Shown here: positions 11,858 to 24,638 of the stretch, one piece after another
Layout of the letters: every line of letters begins with the position of its first letter
How positions within the stretch are numbered: position 1 is the first letter of the stretch
NCBI RefSeq assembly: GCF_004010195.1
Contig: NC_057718.1
Coordinates: 62,507,928-62,541,259, forward strand
Direction: 5' to 3'
DNA: 33,332 nucleotides
Origin: Chiloscyllium plagiosum
Taxonomy: Eukaryota
Notes under the pieces: generated by a model
What the model saw: the letters and a program-made list of their open reading frames with translations, nothing else
Database searches by the model: none
What the model was told of the DNA's origin: nothing
Position numbers and translations under genes: made by a program

Positions 11858-12571
11858 TAAATTGAATTGAATTGAATTTATCATCACGTGTACCGAGGCA
11901 CAATGAAAAGTTTTGCCTTGTGAGCAGTATAGGCAGATCACATAGTTAAATAGCATAGATAAGTAAATAATAGGTAAACAGCAGCAAAAACAAAAACACA
12001 GGTACAGGCAAATGCTAAGAGTTTGTGATTCCATTCAGTATTCTAACAATAGTAGAGTAGAAACTGTTTCAAAACCAGCTAGTGCATGTGTTCAGGCTTC
12101 TGTACCGTCTCCCTGATCATAGAAGTTGTAGAAAAGCATTGCCAGAGTGGGACGGATCTTTGAGAATACTGGCGGTCTTTCCTTAACAATGTTCGATAGA
12201 TTCTGTAGATGGGAAGTCGGCCTTTGTGCTTGTTCGGGCCAAGTTCACCACTCTCTGTAACCATTTCTGATCTTGAATGGTACAGTTACCATACCAGGTG
12301 GTGATACATCCAGACAGAATACTCTCAATGGCGCACCTATAAACATTGGCAAAGGTATTTACCATCATGCCAAATTTTCTCAGCTGCCTGAAGAAGATGT
12401 TGGGCCTTTGTAACCAGTACATCCACATGAAGAGTCCAAGAAAACTTGTTTTTGATGACCACTCCCAGGACCTTGACACTCTCCATTTGTTCCACCTCTG
12501 TGCTGTTAATGTGTAGAAGGGCATGAGTAACATCCTGCCAAAAGTCAACAATGAGTTCCTTGGTTTTGCGC
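11858..12571 (-). mobile_element. Rex1/Babar-type non-LTR retrotransposon, 3' fragment
   Basis: Minus ORFs read KTKELIVDF...VEQMESVKVLGV.I...FSW..HV and LRKFGM...YRCAIESILSGCITTWYGNC..QDQKWLQRVV (DUF1891-like C-terminus). The 3' tail is (TTCAA)n, seen as aattgaattgaattgaa at 11859-11878. Confidence 0.8.
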
Positions 12572-13972
12572 ACTTAATAAATTCTACATATCTTACTGTG
12601 ATGAGTGACACTGAAAGCTATATTGGTGATCAAGAGTTCACTTTGGCACACATCTTTAACAAGAGGAAGCCATTGCTGTTTCAACCGCCAACCCTAATTT
12701 TTTTCAGTGCTCCCTTCCCATGCCTGATGATCTGCACAAACTCTTGCATTGAAGTGACCAAACATTTCTGACTTTGGTACAATTGGCAGCAATTAAGGCA
12801 TGGAGGTCATTGTAGAATTTATCCTTGACTTAATTAGGTTGATCATGTTAGAAGATATGCAGTGATGAGAGTTGCTTGCCTCTTGTGATGCAGGGGAAGT
12901 TTAAGCACCATCACAATACCTTGAAAAGGCATGTCATCGTATTGATAGTTAATGACAGCAAAGCTCATACCATCGTTTTTTCTCATGTTCAAACCGAATG
13001 AATGTGTAATGTACAATAATTTCCTTGAGCTGACCATTCTCATGTATGCACATTTTGTTAGGGCTTTACTTTAGCCAGTTCCCTACCACCAAGAGCAGTT
13101 CTACTGCAATGGCCTATGAGAGGTGCAATCCATCCCTTACACTCCATATGCAATAGACTGCTCAGAATGTACAATATACTGACAGATAATAGTGTATTTA
13201 CAGCTCATGCCATGAAATGATTTGCAACAATTTTGAGATTCTAGTAAATGAGATTTGGACATCAAGAAAGCATAATAGGTACATGAACATCATAACTTTA
13301 TTTACTAAATTTGAGTTCATATTCTGAAATGTGTAATAGAGATTGCTTTTCCTAAATAGAAAAATTGGTCTAACTAGATGCCTTGTTTACTGTGTTATGC
13401 TACAGACATCATAAAGGGGAACAAGCCTTTGCTAAGTCGTTTGTGACCCACTCCAAGCAGTGTTGACAAGTGGAGATTAAGATATATTCTCTGATTGTTT
13501 GATTGACATCAAGGGGGTATTAGCATCTAGATAGGTTAACACCTGCCATGCTAGTAGTGTGTCTGTTTCTGAGGTTAGAGAGATTTTGGTCCCATTGAGT
13601 GGAAGCTATGATTTAGTCTCTCAATTTTAGTTTGATGTTCCCTGGAATTCCTTAAAACTGTTGATTTGTAAAGATTGAACAGGATTGTTTAATCTGATTG
13701 AATTCTGCTACTAGAATGTCCCTCAGAGTTAAATAACATTGAGGAATGCAGTTGCAAACCATCTTAAGAACTCTTCTGAGTAATTGGCACAGGAATCTCA
13801 TGGGTTAGCACCTGCCCTAGGGAGAACAACATGATCAGACACCATGGAAAGGCTCTGCATTTCTCAATATAACCACTATCAGTGGCTGTCACCCCAGAGA
13901 TTTAAGCTTGATGTAAATCCAAATCAAATTAATGATTAATAACATCAACAACTAGTTGCTCACAAGGAAAAT

Positions 13973-15373
13973 TAGAATTATAGAGTCATACAGCATGGAA
14001 ACAGATCCTTTAGTCCAAACAGTACATGCCATCTTTAATCCTGCCTGCACTTGGCCCTTAGCTCTCCAAACATTTCTTATTCATGTACTTATCCAAATGT
14101 CTTTTAAATGTTGTAACTGTACCTGTGTCCACCACTTCCTCTCGAAGTTCATTCCACATACGAGCTACTCTTTGTAAAAAGAAAAGTTGTCACTCATGTC
14201 TTTTTAAATTTTTCTCTTCTCACCTTAAAAGTAGTGGGGTCAAGAGTGTGGTGCTGGAAAAGCACAGCAGGTCAGGCAGCATCCGAGGAGCAGGAAAATT
14301 GACATTTTGGTCATAAGCCCTTCATCAGGAATGAGGCTTGTGGGCCAGGGGACTGGCGTAACCTGAACCCCTATCAATGTCATCTACTGTATCCATTGAG
14401 CCCGATGTGGTCTCCTCTACATCGGGGAGTCAGGATGCCTTCTTTTGGATACTTTCAGAGAGCATCTCTGGGACACCTGCACCAACCAACCCCACTGTAT
14501 CGTGGCTGAACACTTCAACTCCCACTCCCACTCCCACTCCCACTCCGCCAAGGACATGCAGGTCCTGGCCTCCTCCCTTGCCAAACCATTACCACCGGAC
14601 ACCTGGAGGAAGAACGCTTTGTATTCCATCTTGGGACCCTGCAATCACACCGGTTCAATGTGGATTTCATCAGTTTCCTCATTTTCCCTCACCCCACATT
14701 ATATCAGTCCCAAGCCTTCAATTCGGCACTGCCCTCTTGACCTGTCCATTATCTTTCCCATCTATCAGCTCCACCCTCCTCTCCAACCTATCACCTTCTC
14801 CCCCACCTTCATGTACCTATTGCATTCACAGCTACCTTCCCCCAACCCCACTCCCTTCTCATTTATCTCTCAGCCCCCCGGCTCACAAGCCTCATTCCTG
14901 ATGAAGGGCGTATGCATGAAACATTGATTCTCCTGCTCCTCGGATGCTGCCTGACCTGCTATGCTTTTCCGGCACCACACACTTGACTCTGATCTACAAC
15001 ATCTGCGGTCCTCACTTTCTCCTCCTTTAAAAAATGCCCCCTAGTCTTGAAATCCCCCACCCTATTCACTTGCCATTCACCTTATCTTTACTCCTCATGA
15101 TTTTATAACTCTCTATAAGGTCACCCCTCAAACACCACCTTTCCAGTGAAAAATGTCACAGCCAATCCAGACTCTCCTTTATCAATCAAATCCTCCAATC
15201 CTGGCAACTTTCTGGTAAAGCTTTTCTGAACCCTCTCCAGCTTAATAATATCCTTCCTATAACAGGGCAACCAGAATTGGACACAGTACTCTAGACAAAG
15301 CCTCACCAACATTCTCTACAACCTCAACATGATGTCTCAACCTCTATACTCAAAGGTCTGAGCAACAAAGGCA
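13973..15373 (-). mobile_element. HER1/CR1 LINE 3' fragment, split by a Penelope insertion at about 14231-15023
   Basis: Tail agaattatagagtcatacagcatggaaacag at 13973. ORF 15121-15312 reads LVRLCLEYCVQFWLPCYRKDIIKLERVQKSFTRKLPGL. ccttaaaa / cctttaaaa flanks the insert as an imperfect TSD. Confidence 0.8.
14231..15023 (+). mobile_element. Penelope-like (Neptune) 3' fragment with inverted terminal repeat
   Basis: GIY-YIG remnant aatgtcatctactgtatcc...tgtggtctcctctacatcggggag at about 14376-14430. 14238-14352 is the reverse complement of about 14871-14989. Degenerate hammerhead cores at about 14294-14333 (-) and 14893-14930 (+). Confidence 0.88.
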
Positions 15374-15519
15374 GGAAATTAGATACTGCTTGCAGGAGTG
15401 GCTGGGAAAGTATGTGAGAGTTGTGATACTTCATGGAGTTGGACCCAGCCATCTTGAAGCAGAAGTTGTTTCTTCACTTGTTCCTGGCTACCCAAGTACA
15501 AGTGCCACTGTGCCACTGT

Positions 15520-15855
15520 GGGCGGCACGGTGGCACAGTGGTTAGCACTGCTGCCTCACAGTGCCAGAGACCCGGGTTCAGTTCCACCCTCAGGCGACTG
15601 ACTGTGTGGAGTTTGCACATTCTCCCTGTGTCTGCGTGGGTTTCCTCCGGGTGCTCCGGTTTCCTCTCACAATCCAAAAATGTGCGGGTTAGGTGAATTG
15701 GCCATGCTAAATTGCCCGTAGTGTTAGGTGAAGGGGTAAATGTAGGGGAGTAGGTCTGGGTGGGTTGCGCTTCGGCGGGTCGATGTGGACTTTGTTGGGC
15801 CGAAGGGCCTGTTTCCACACTGTAAGTAATTAATATATACCCAGGTTTCCAACTT
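15520..15855 (+). mobile_element. HE1-like tRNA-derived V-SINE, full length
   Basis: A box tggcacagtgg and B-box-like gggttcagttcc; central tgtggagtttgcacattctccc.gtgtctgcgtgggtttcctccggg domain; LINE-related tail gggccgaagggcctgtttccacactgta. Confidence 0.9.
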
Positions 15856-16904
15856 TCTGACACCAGTTTTCTTGGCCGAGGAGCAATGCTGTCACCGGTT
15901 CAAGAGCAGAATGGATTGCAAGTGCATGAAAAGAATGTGACAAAGTACTGCAGTATGAAACACTGTTAGTTTTGAGGTGGACTATTTTCTTAGAAGTTCA
16001 GAGACACGCTCATTTCCTCCAAGACCTACTTTGTTTCCCTTGAGGACAGTCTTCCAATCATTATGAATGGCATGTGTCCAAATCTAATTTCCTGTTTTTT
16101 TTTGTCCTTCTGATTCTAACTGTTTGTGTATTCCTTTATTAAATTTGTATCTTTTACATGTTTAATGCATAACAAATTCAATAACTGAAACAAAAGATAA
16201 TTAGAAATGTGACTTGGGTAGAGAGAACACGGAGGTTAAATGAGAGGGGGTCATTATTGCATTATTGTAATTTTTATAAAGTGAAGCAATGTTGATGCAG
16301 GGATGGTGGGGACAGGTGCGGGTTTGACTTTGGGAGCAGCTTAGTATGAGGTGGAGGACTGGTACCTGTCTGGGAAGGTGAACACAGTCTAGAGGTTGCA
16401 TCCTGGGCTGGATTGTCTTCCTGCTTATGTATAGGTAATTCCAAAATAGCAACCATGAATAACATTGGCATATCCACAAATATCTATAATTTATGTGGAT
16501 GACAATGGAACACAGGGTTAGGTCTGGGTAAAAGCAGTGAATCCGTGAAGTCTGATGTTGGGTCAGAATGGGAATGCAAAGTAGTTCAAAACTCTGTTGG
16601 AACAAGGAGGTTAAAGGGGATGGGCAGGGCCTGGGATGATGATGATGATGGTGGTGTTGTGGTTAGTGCACCAGCACAGGCTTGAAGAATGGCAATATTG
16701 ATGCTCACGTCAGTATGGTCCTCCTGTAGATTAACAGGATGAGTTTTATGAAGGTGCAAATTCAGCCAGGACTGGAAGGTTGGCTAATTACCTAAACTTC
16801 AATTCTGCTGCTTTTGTTTAGTTTCTAGTGTTAACTAAGAAGAACAAGAACCTATGATTATAGTTTAATTTATTGTTCCATGCTCATCATGAATTTTTAT
16901 AAAT

Positions 16905-17550
16905 CCGAGCACTGAGTATGGATGTTGCAACTGTACAGGACATTGGTTAGGCCATTTTGGAATGTTGAGTACAATTCTGGTCTCCCTCCTGTTCGAAGGA
17001 TGGTGTGAAACTTGAAATGGTTCAGAAAAGATTTACAAGGATGTTGCTATGGTTGGAGGATTTGAGCTATAAGTAGAGGCTGAATAGACTGGGGCTCTTT
17101 TTCCTGGAGCGTCAGAGGCTGAGGGGTGACCTTATAGAAGTTTAAAACATCATGAGAGGCATGGAGAAGGTAAATAGAAAAGGTCTTTTCCCTGGGGTGG
17201 GGGAGTCCAGAACTAGTGGGCATAAGTTTAGGGTGAGAGGGGACATCTTTTGCACGCAGAATGTTGTGCGTATATGGAGTGAGCTGCCAGAGGAAGTGGT
17301 GGAGGCTGGTATAATTCCAACATTTAAAGACACCTGGATGGATATATGAATAGGAAGGGTTTAGAGGGATATGGGCCAAGTGCTGGCAAATGGGATTAAA
17401 TTAGGTTAGGATGGATATCTGGTCAGCATGGACAGATTTGGACCGAAGCTTCTGTTTCCATGCTGTACATCTCTATGACTATGATATCTGGTCGGCATGA
17501 ACGAGCTGAACGAAAGGATCTGTTTCCATGCTGTACATCTCGATAACTCT
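16905..17550 (+). mobile_element. HER1/CR1 LINE 3' fragment with duplicated terminal ~68 nt
   Basis: LYRTLVRP.LE..VQFWSP...RFTRML..L remnant. Reverse-complement similarity to 1141-1750. Terminal unit at 17414-17482 is repeated at 17483-17550. Confidence 0.88.
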
Positions 17551-17979
17551 TGAGTTTATGACTAGTTAGCATGGAGTTCATTAACATTCAACTTTTGTTT
17601 TATCCATGAATAATTTTGCACCTATATAATTCCCAAGGACCCAGATTTTCTCTTCCCTCTGTTTTTCACTATTATTCAGAGTCCACCAAATATTAGAATT
17701 TGGTGACAACAAAACTGAATTACAACAATTGTACTGTCAACTTGCTACAGGTTTTTGACAGTCTGATTTCTATGAGACATATAAAATATCGTATAAGCGT
17801 TAAAATCTTTGGCAAATGCAAAGATTGTCAATTTTTAAAATAAAATTTGTAGAGTCAATTACTGAATTAGTGGAATTTATTTTGCCTATTCTGAATACGT
17901 AATTTGTGACTAGATCTGTTTAGGAAGCTTGTGGTTTCAGTTATCAATTGACTGCATAATTGCTTTTTCTTTATTGTAG

Positions 17980-18038
17980 AGCCCAGTAATGTTATTTCAA
18001 TCCTCATTTCATCTGAATTTTTGAAAATGGATTCCTTG
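17980..18038 (+). CDS. SANBR: SANBR coding exon (59 nt)
   Basis: Acceptor ctttttctttattgtAG and donor TTG|gtgagt. Phase-1 start completes G|AG=Glu, then [19 protein letters not shown] (recalled human [20 protein letters not shown]). Too short for the ORF track. Confidence 0.95.
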
Positions 18039-18834
18039 GTGAGTGCATTAATTTTTCGAGCTTAGATTAGGATAAAATGGCTTAATTTGAAAATTTATCT
18101 GGTTTGCTATCATTTATTTGCCTTTTAATGTGATACTGATGAACTGGATTTGAAATCTAAAATATATCATAATTGTTTCAAAAAATGAGTGGTAAGCGTA
18201 ACTTTATAATCTGCATTCTTGTGTAAAATTGCAGTTGGATGTGCATTAATTGTGCAGTCTATATGGTTCTTGATTCTCATGGGAGCATGAGGGTATTGGA
18301 ACAATTTGGCTGTTTTTCTCTATCCCTAGGATAGTGAGCCAGTCTTTTTTACCCAATACATGTGGTGCAGCTATGAGAGAAAGCACTTGTATTGTTCTTT
18401 AGAATGTACTGTATATGTGTGCCTGAGATATACAACAAATTTCTAACGTAATGTTCACCATGCCCAATAGTTATTCAGGCCTGAATTTTCAACTGGTTTC
18501 ACAATTATCATGATGAACATTTATGTATGGAAATGTTTCTGCATGTCCAAAACTGATCAGTTATTTTTGCTTTCATGAATAAGATGTTTATGAAACAATT
18601 TAAATATGCAGCGCAAATACAATATTTTCTTTTGAGTTGTCAGTCAATGAAAATAATTGGGTGGTGAAGCTACCATGTGCGAAGTTCTTTAGCAGTGAGT
18701 TTGTCCTTTATAACATTCAGTAGTTGAGCTAATAGCGTTTTCATTTCAATTTAATTATGTTTAAGTCCTAAACTTCCTGTCATAACTGAGTTTTGTAAGC
18801 AAATATTATACTTGAAATGTATAAGAAAACAGCC

Positions 18835-21070
18835 CACATTTTCAATCAAGACTCCCGCCCACTCACTGACCCCTTCTGTCGTCTCCAAGACACCCCATGC
18901 TGGCCTGTTACCCACCCTTGACCTCATTTCAAATTGCCTCCCTGACATTGAATGTCTCAACCTGACCACCCCCTCACCCACTCCAACCTCCTGCCTTAAC
19001 AACGCGCAGCCCTCCACTCCCTCTGATCCAACCCCAACATCACCGTCAAACCAGCAGACAAGGGGGCCGCTATGGTAGTTTGGCACGCTGACCTCTACAC
19101 CACTAAAGCCAGGCGCCAACTCGCAGACACCCCCTCCTACTACCTCCTTGACCATGACCTCATCTCCCATCACCAAACCATCATCTTCCAGACCATCCAC
19201 AACCTCATCACCACTGGGAATCTCCCATCCACAGCCTCTAACCTCATCATCTGCGAACCCCGCACCGCCTGACTCTACATCCTACAAAAGATTCATAAAC
19301 CTGACTTCCCCGGTTGACCCATCGGCTCGGTCTGCTCCTGACGCACTGAACTCCTCTCTGCATTCCTTGACACCGTCCTGTTCCCCTTAGTCCAGAAACA
19401 CCACCCACGCCCTTCACCACCTCCAAAACTTTTGTTTCCCTGATCCCCTACTCCTTATCTTCACTATAGATGTCCAGTCCCTGTACACATCTGTTCGCCA
19501 TGAAGAAGGCCTCCAAGCCCTCCATTTGTTCCTCTCACGCCATCTCAACCAGTACACTTCCACTGACACCCTCATCTGTCTGGCTGAACTGGTCCTCACC
19601 CTTAACAACATCTCCTTTCAATCCTCCCACTTCCTCCAAACCAAACGGGTAGCCATGGGCCCCAGCTATGCCTGTCTCTTTGTCAGGTACGTGGAACAGT
19701 CCATCTTCTGCAGCCACACCGGCACCGTCCCACAGTTTTTTCCTCCGCTACACCGATGACTGTATCGGCACTACCTCTTCCTCCCACGAGAAGGTTGAAC
19801 AGTTCATCAACTTCACTAACACCTTTCCCTCTCACCTCCCGTCTCTTCTTGGACCTCTCCATCTCCATCTCCGGCGACTGACAAACCACAGACATTTTTT
19901 ACAAACTCACGGACTTCCATAGCTATCTGAACTACACCTCCTCCCACCCTGTGTCCTGTAAAATGCCATCCTTTATTTCCAATTCCTCCGCCTCTGCCAC
20001 ATCTGTTCCCAGGATGACCAATTCCACCATAGAAAATCCCAGATGGTCTCCTTCTTCACAGACTGCAATCTCCCCTCCCATGTGGTCAACAGTGCCCTCC
20101 TGTGTGTCTCCTCCACTTCCTGCACCTCTGCCCTTGAACCCCACCCCTCCAAATGCAACAAGTACAGAACCCCCCTGGTCCTCACCTTCTGCCCCACCAA
20201 TCTCCAGATACATTGCATCATCCTCAGCCACTTCTGCCATCTACAAACAGACCTCACCACTATTTCCGTCCCCACTCCTATCAGTGTTTCAGAGAGACCA
20301 TTCCCTCTGGAACTCCCTGGACAGATCCACAGCCCCCACCAGCCCTTACCCCACTCCCAGCATCTTGCCTTGCCACTGCAGGAAAGGCAAAACCTGTTCC
20401 CACACATCCTCCTTCACCTCCGTCCAAGGCCTGAAAGGATCCTTCCACACCTGACAGAAATCTACCCATACCTCCACTAATGTCATCTACTGTATCCGTT
20501 GCACCCGATGTGGTCTCCTCTATATCGGAGAGACAGAATGCCAACTTGCGGATCGTTTCAGCAAACATCTCTAGGACACCTGCACCGGGCAACCCCACTG
20601 CCCTGTGGCTGAACACTTCAACTGCCCCTCCCACTTCATCAAGGACATGCAGATACTGGGCCTCCTCCATATCCAAACCCTAACCACCAGACGCCTGGAG
20701 GAAGAATGCCTTGTGACACTGCAACCACACAGGATCAATGTGGATTTCACCAGTTTCCTCATATGCCCCCACCCCCAACTTATCCCAGTCCCAAGACTCC
20801 AACTCGGCACTGTCCTCTTGACCTGTCCATCGTCTTTCCCATCAATCCGCTCCACCCTCCTCTCCAACCTATCACCTTCACCCCACCTTCATCTACCTAT
20901 TACATTCTCAGCTACCTTCCCCACTGCTCGACCCCAGGCCCTTTCCGTTTATCTCTCAGCTCCCCGGCTCACAAGCCTCATTCCTGATGAAGGGCCTATG
21001 TTCAAAATGATAATTTTTCTGCTCCTTGGATGCTGCCTGACCTGCTGTGCTTTTCCAGCACCACACTCTA
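18835..21070 (+). mobile_element. Penelope-like (Neptune) element, long decayed copy (RT + GIY-YIG + terminal repeat)
   Basis: VKPADKGAAMVVW, FTIDVQSLYT, LAELVLTLNN.SF.SSHFLQ..VAMG..PSYACLF, LRYTDDCIG, then NVIYCIRCTRCGLLYIGET at about 20479-20535. 3' repeat with hammerhead-like ctgatgaagggcctatgttcaaaa at 20984-21007. Confidence 0.92.
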
Positions 21071-21321
21071 AACGCTAAATTTAAATACTCAATCTGCTAT
21101 AAATTCATTATGTATTGCCATAATTCAGGTCATTCATTCAATGCCATGTGTCGTCATGTCAGAAACATGGTGTGTTACAACATGTGGTTCCTGTTGGCCA
21201 ATAAATAGAAACTGTGCCTTAATCTGAAAATAAAAGCAAAACTAGTATAAAACCAGCATAAAGTTTTGAAGTTTGTTTTAACTTGAGACATCACTTAGAG
21301 CCGTTATGAATTAATCACTGA

Positions 21322-21516
<195 letters not shown>

Positions 21517-21919
21517 TGAAAATACTTTGTCTTGATGTTATGATATGCTGCTGAAACACATATAGATGATGGAGTAATATTAGATCTTCACATAGTAAAT
21601 ATTGAAAGTTAAATTGTGAAAATGATAGGTTTGTGATGCAGTTAGATTATTAAATTTCTCTTTGTATGATGTCTGTGCTATGAGCAAAACCTGCTTTACA
21701 TTTTTTATCAAACTAATTTGACATCGTAACCCTCTTCGTTGGTCCATAAAGAGTATTGTTCAGAAGGAACTTGCATTGTACTGTATCAGTTTGGTCTGTA
21801 TTCAAATGCTTGCCTCTTAAAGTGGATTCAGTGTAATAATCAACAATATCGTCTTTGACCTCATTCTTGTCATTATTTTGAGCAGTTTTTCTCTCCAATT
21901 GTTTTCAGGTATGTTTCAT

Positions 21920-22255
21920 GGGCGGTATAGTGGCACAGTGGTAAGCACTGCTGCCTCAGCTCCAGAGACCTGGGATCAATTCCCCCCTCAGGCAACTGTC
22001 TGTGTGTAATGTTTGCACATTCTCCCCGTGTCTGCGTGGGTTTCCTCCGGGTGCTCTGGTTTCCTCCCACAGTCCAAAAATGTGTCGGTTAGGTGAATTG
22101 GCCATGCTAAATTGCCCGTAGTGTTAGGTGAAGGGGTAAATGTAGGGGAATGGGTCTGGGTGGGTTGCTGTTCGGAGGGTCAGTGTTGACTTGTTGGGCC
22201 GAAGGGCCTGTTTCCACACTGTAAGTAATCTAATATATACCCAGGTTTCCAACTT
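21920..22255 (+). mobile_element. HE1-like SINE, full length
   Basis: Collinear with and highly similar to 15520-15855, including the 3' tag. Confidence 0.9.
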
Positions 22256-22351
22256 AAATATTTACTAATAATGGACCTTAAGGAGAATGAGAATAGCTGT
22301 TAAAAACAAAGTGCTGCATTAGTTTAAGGTCAGGGTTAATGCTGGAGAGAG

Positions 22352-22423
22352 AGTGGGTAGAGTGTGTAGAGTGTGTAGAGTGTGTAGAGTGTGTAGAGTG
22401 TGTAGAGTGTGTAGAGTGTGTAG
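22352..22423. repeat. 9-bp tandem repeat (AGTGTGTAG), 7 perfect copies plus 1 variant
   Basis: Read directly; produces the (THS)n run in ORF 22278-22502. Confidence 0.95.
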
Positions 22424-22928
22424 GTCCACACACACAGAAGGTTTTAAATGTTGCAGTTAAGTTTATGCAGACACAGATTATCAAAATAAGGAATAAGAAC
22501 AAATGAATTTATGTTTCTCTTTTTTGCATTTTGTTTTGCTCAACACTCATTTACTTAGTACTCAAATCCAGCTTGTGGTACAGACAAACCAGTGTATGTT
22601 GGTGCCAGGTCCCCGGTAGGGAAAATGGGGCGAGTTTGCAGCAGGCTATGCATCCAGCTGTAAAATCACTTGCAAAGTCCACAAACAGTTATGTTTTGGG
22701 TGATCAACCAGCATTGAGACAACTTGATATAACATGGAAAAAAATGAAAGGAGTGGCTTGCTCAGTATTCAATTTCCTTTCTTCAGGAGGTTAAAACCTA
22801 ATGCAGCGCAAACCAAGTAAATAAATGAGAAATGTATAAGTGTGTGTATATTTATCTGAATAAAAAAGGGTAAAAGTTAGTTAGTAAAGGAGAAAGAAAC
22901 TGCAGGAATTGCTTCCTTCTCTTATTTT

Positions 22929-23272
22929 CATAGAATCATAGAATCCCTACAGTGTAGAATCAGGCAATTCAGTCCATCAAATTCTCACTGACCCTCCAAA
23001 GAGCATCCCACCCAGACTCGCCCTACCTATGCATGCATTTCCTATGGCTTACCCACCTCAATCCCTGGATACTATGGGCAATTCAGCACAGCCAATCCAC
23101 CTAACCTGCACGGCTTTGGAAAGTGGGAAGAAACTGGAGCACCTGGAGGAAACCCTCACAAGCCTGGGGAGAACGTGCAAACTCCACAGACGGTCACCCA
23201 AGGGTGGAATCAAATTCGGGTCCCTGGCATTGCGAGGCAGCAGTGCAAAGTGTTGAGCCATCATGCTGTCCA
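22929..23272 (-). mobile_element. HE1-like SINE, older subfamily
   Basis: Tail catagaatcatagaatccctacagtg; reverse-complement central domain (gagaacgtgcaaactccaca); tRNA-like head near 23200-23270. Confidence 0.85.
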
Positions 23273-23338
23273 CTATTTGGCTTTCAGTTAGGATGTAAAT
23301 AAGATTGTCGGTTTGCTCGCTGAGCTGGTGTGTTTTTT

Positions 23339-23380
23339 CTCAGATGTTTCATCACTGTACGAGGTAACATCTTCAGTGAG
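23339..23380 (-). ncRNA. Minimal type I hammerhead ribozyme motif (CpG-decayed)
   Basis: Minus strand: CUCA-CUGAAGA-U-GUUAC-cucguaca-GUGAU-GAAAC-AUC/UGAG. Stem I is CUCA:UGAG, both catalytic boxes are intact, stem II has 5 bp including G-U pairs, and the NUH triplet is AUC. Confidence 0.78.
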
Positions 23381-23728
23381 CCTCCCGTGAAGCATTGGTG
23401 TTCTGTCCTGCTTGCTTTTTGTGTTTTGGTTTGTTGTAGTGGGCGATATCACTTCAGATTCTGTTGCTAAGAGATTGATAAATGGAGTCCAAATCAATAT
23501 GTTTGTTAATGGAGGTATGGTTTGAATGCCTTTTTGGATGTTATGGTAGAGCAAAAAGCTAATGGAGAATTATAGACCAGTGTTTATGGAACACCACACA
23601 CAGATCAGATACTCAACTGCAGAAACAATCATCTCAACACCCACAAATGGAGCTGCATCAGGACACTATTTAAATGAGCCACAATACTCTGCAGCACCCT
23701 GGGACTACGAGAAGCCGAGGAAAAACAC

Positions 23729-24043
23729 TTTAGATTTAGATTAGATTACTTTACAGTGTGGAAACAGGCCCTTTGGCCCAACAAGTCCACACCGCCCCGC
23801 CGAAGCGCAAACCACCCATACCCCTACATTTACCCCTTACCTAACACTATGGGCAATTTAGCATGGCCAATTCACCTGCACATCTTTGGACTGTGGGAGG
23901 AAACCAGAGCACCCGGAGGAAACCCACGCAGACACTGGGAGAATGTGCAAACTCCACACAATCAGTCGCCTGAGGCGGGAATTGAACCCGGGTCTCTGGT
24001 GCTGTGAGGCAGCAGTGCTAACCACTGTGCCACCGTGCCGCCC
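23729..24043 (-). mobile_element. HE1-like SINE, young, nested in the Penelope element
   Basis: (TTAGA)n tail at 23730-23746, intact A/B boxes (minus tggcacagtgg, gggttcaattccc), CpG-rich. Host sequence aaaacactt / aaactta resumes after it. Confidence 0.92.
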
Positions 24044-24638
24044 ATAAACTTATACAACGTATTCAGTAATGATGGTTACCCAATAAACGCAGTCCACTGA
24101 ATCCTGTGCAACAGACTAAAACAAGAAGACACAACCTGCCTGGAGATTCTAATTACCCTACCATACCTCAATGACGTTTCGGAGATGATCACCAGACTAC
24201 TCTGGCCCCTAGGCGTCATGGTAGCCTACAAACCTACTACTACACTGAAACAACTACGGATGAATTTGAAGGACCCCATACTCTCAGCCAGCAGAACAAA
24301 CATAATATAAAAATACCCTGCAAGGACTGCAGCAAACATTACATTTGACAAACTGGCAGGAGACTAGTCACCAGATACATGACCAACTATCACTGGTATC
24401 CATATACACAGACAAAGAGCGACACCATTTTGCATCCATCCTGGGACACGCCAAATAAAGACACGCACGGGAATTCCGAGAGGCCTGGTATTCAAACTGG
24501 AACTCCATTAACAAACACATCGATTTGGAACCCATTTACCAACCTCTCAAAAACAGAACCAGAAATAATATCACTCACCACACCAAACCAAGACACACAA
24601 ATAGCAAGTGGGACACAGCACCAACACTTCACTGGAGA

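Noticed and set aside
12600..12920. Possible Harbinger/DDE transposase remnant (YIGDQEFTL; MRVACL)
   Set aside because: Resemblance too weak to support by eye and no TIRs seen; would need a profile search.
15520..15595. tRNA gene (A and B boxes)
   Set aside because: It is the tRNA-derived head of a SINE, continuous with the SINE body and repeated several times in the window.
16250..16760. Purine-rich stretch with minus ORFs 16201-16605 and 16274-16477
   Set aside because: Probably a very old TE remnant, but I cannot assign a family or a protein motif.
22278..22502. ORF with (THS)n repeat; also considered as a CRISPR-like array
   Set aside because: Simple 9-bp tandem repeat with no spacers, in a eukaryotic intron.
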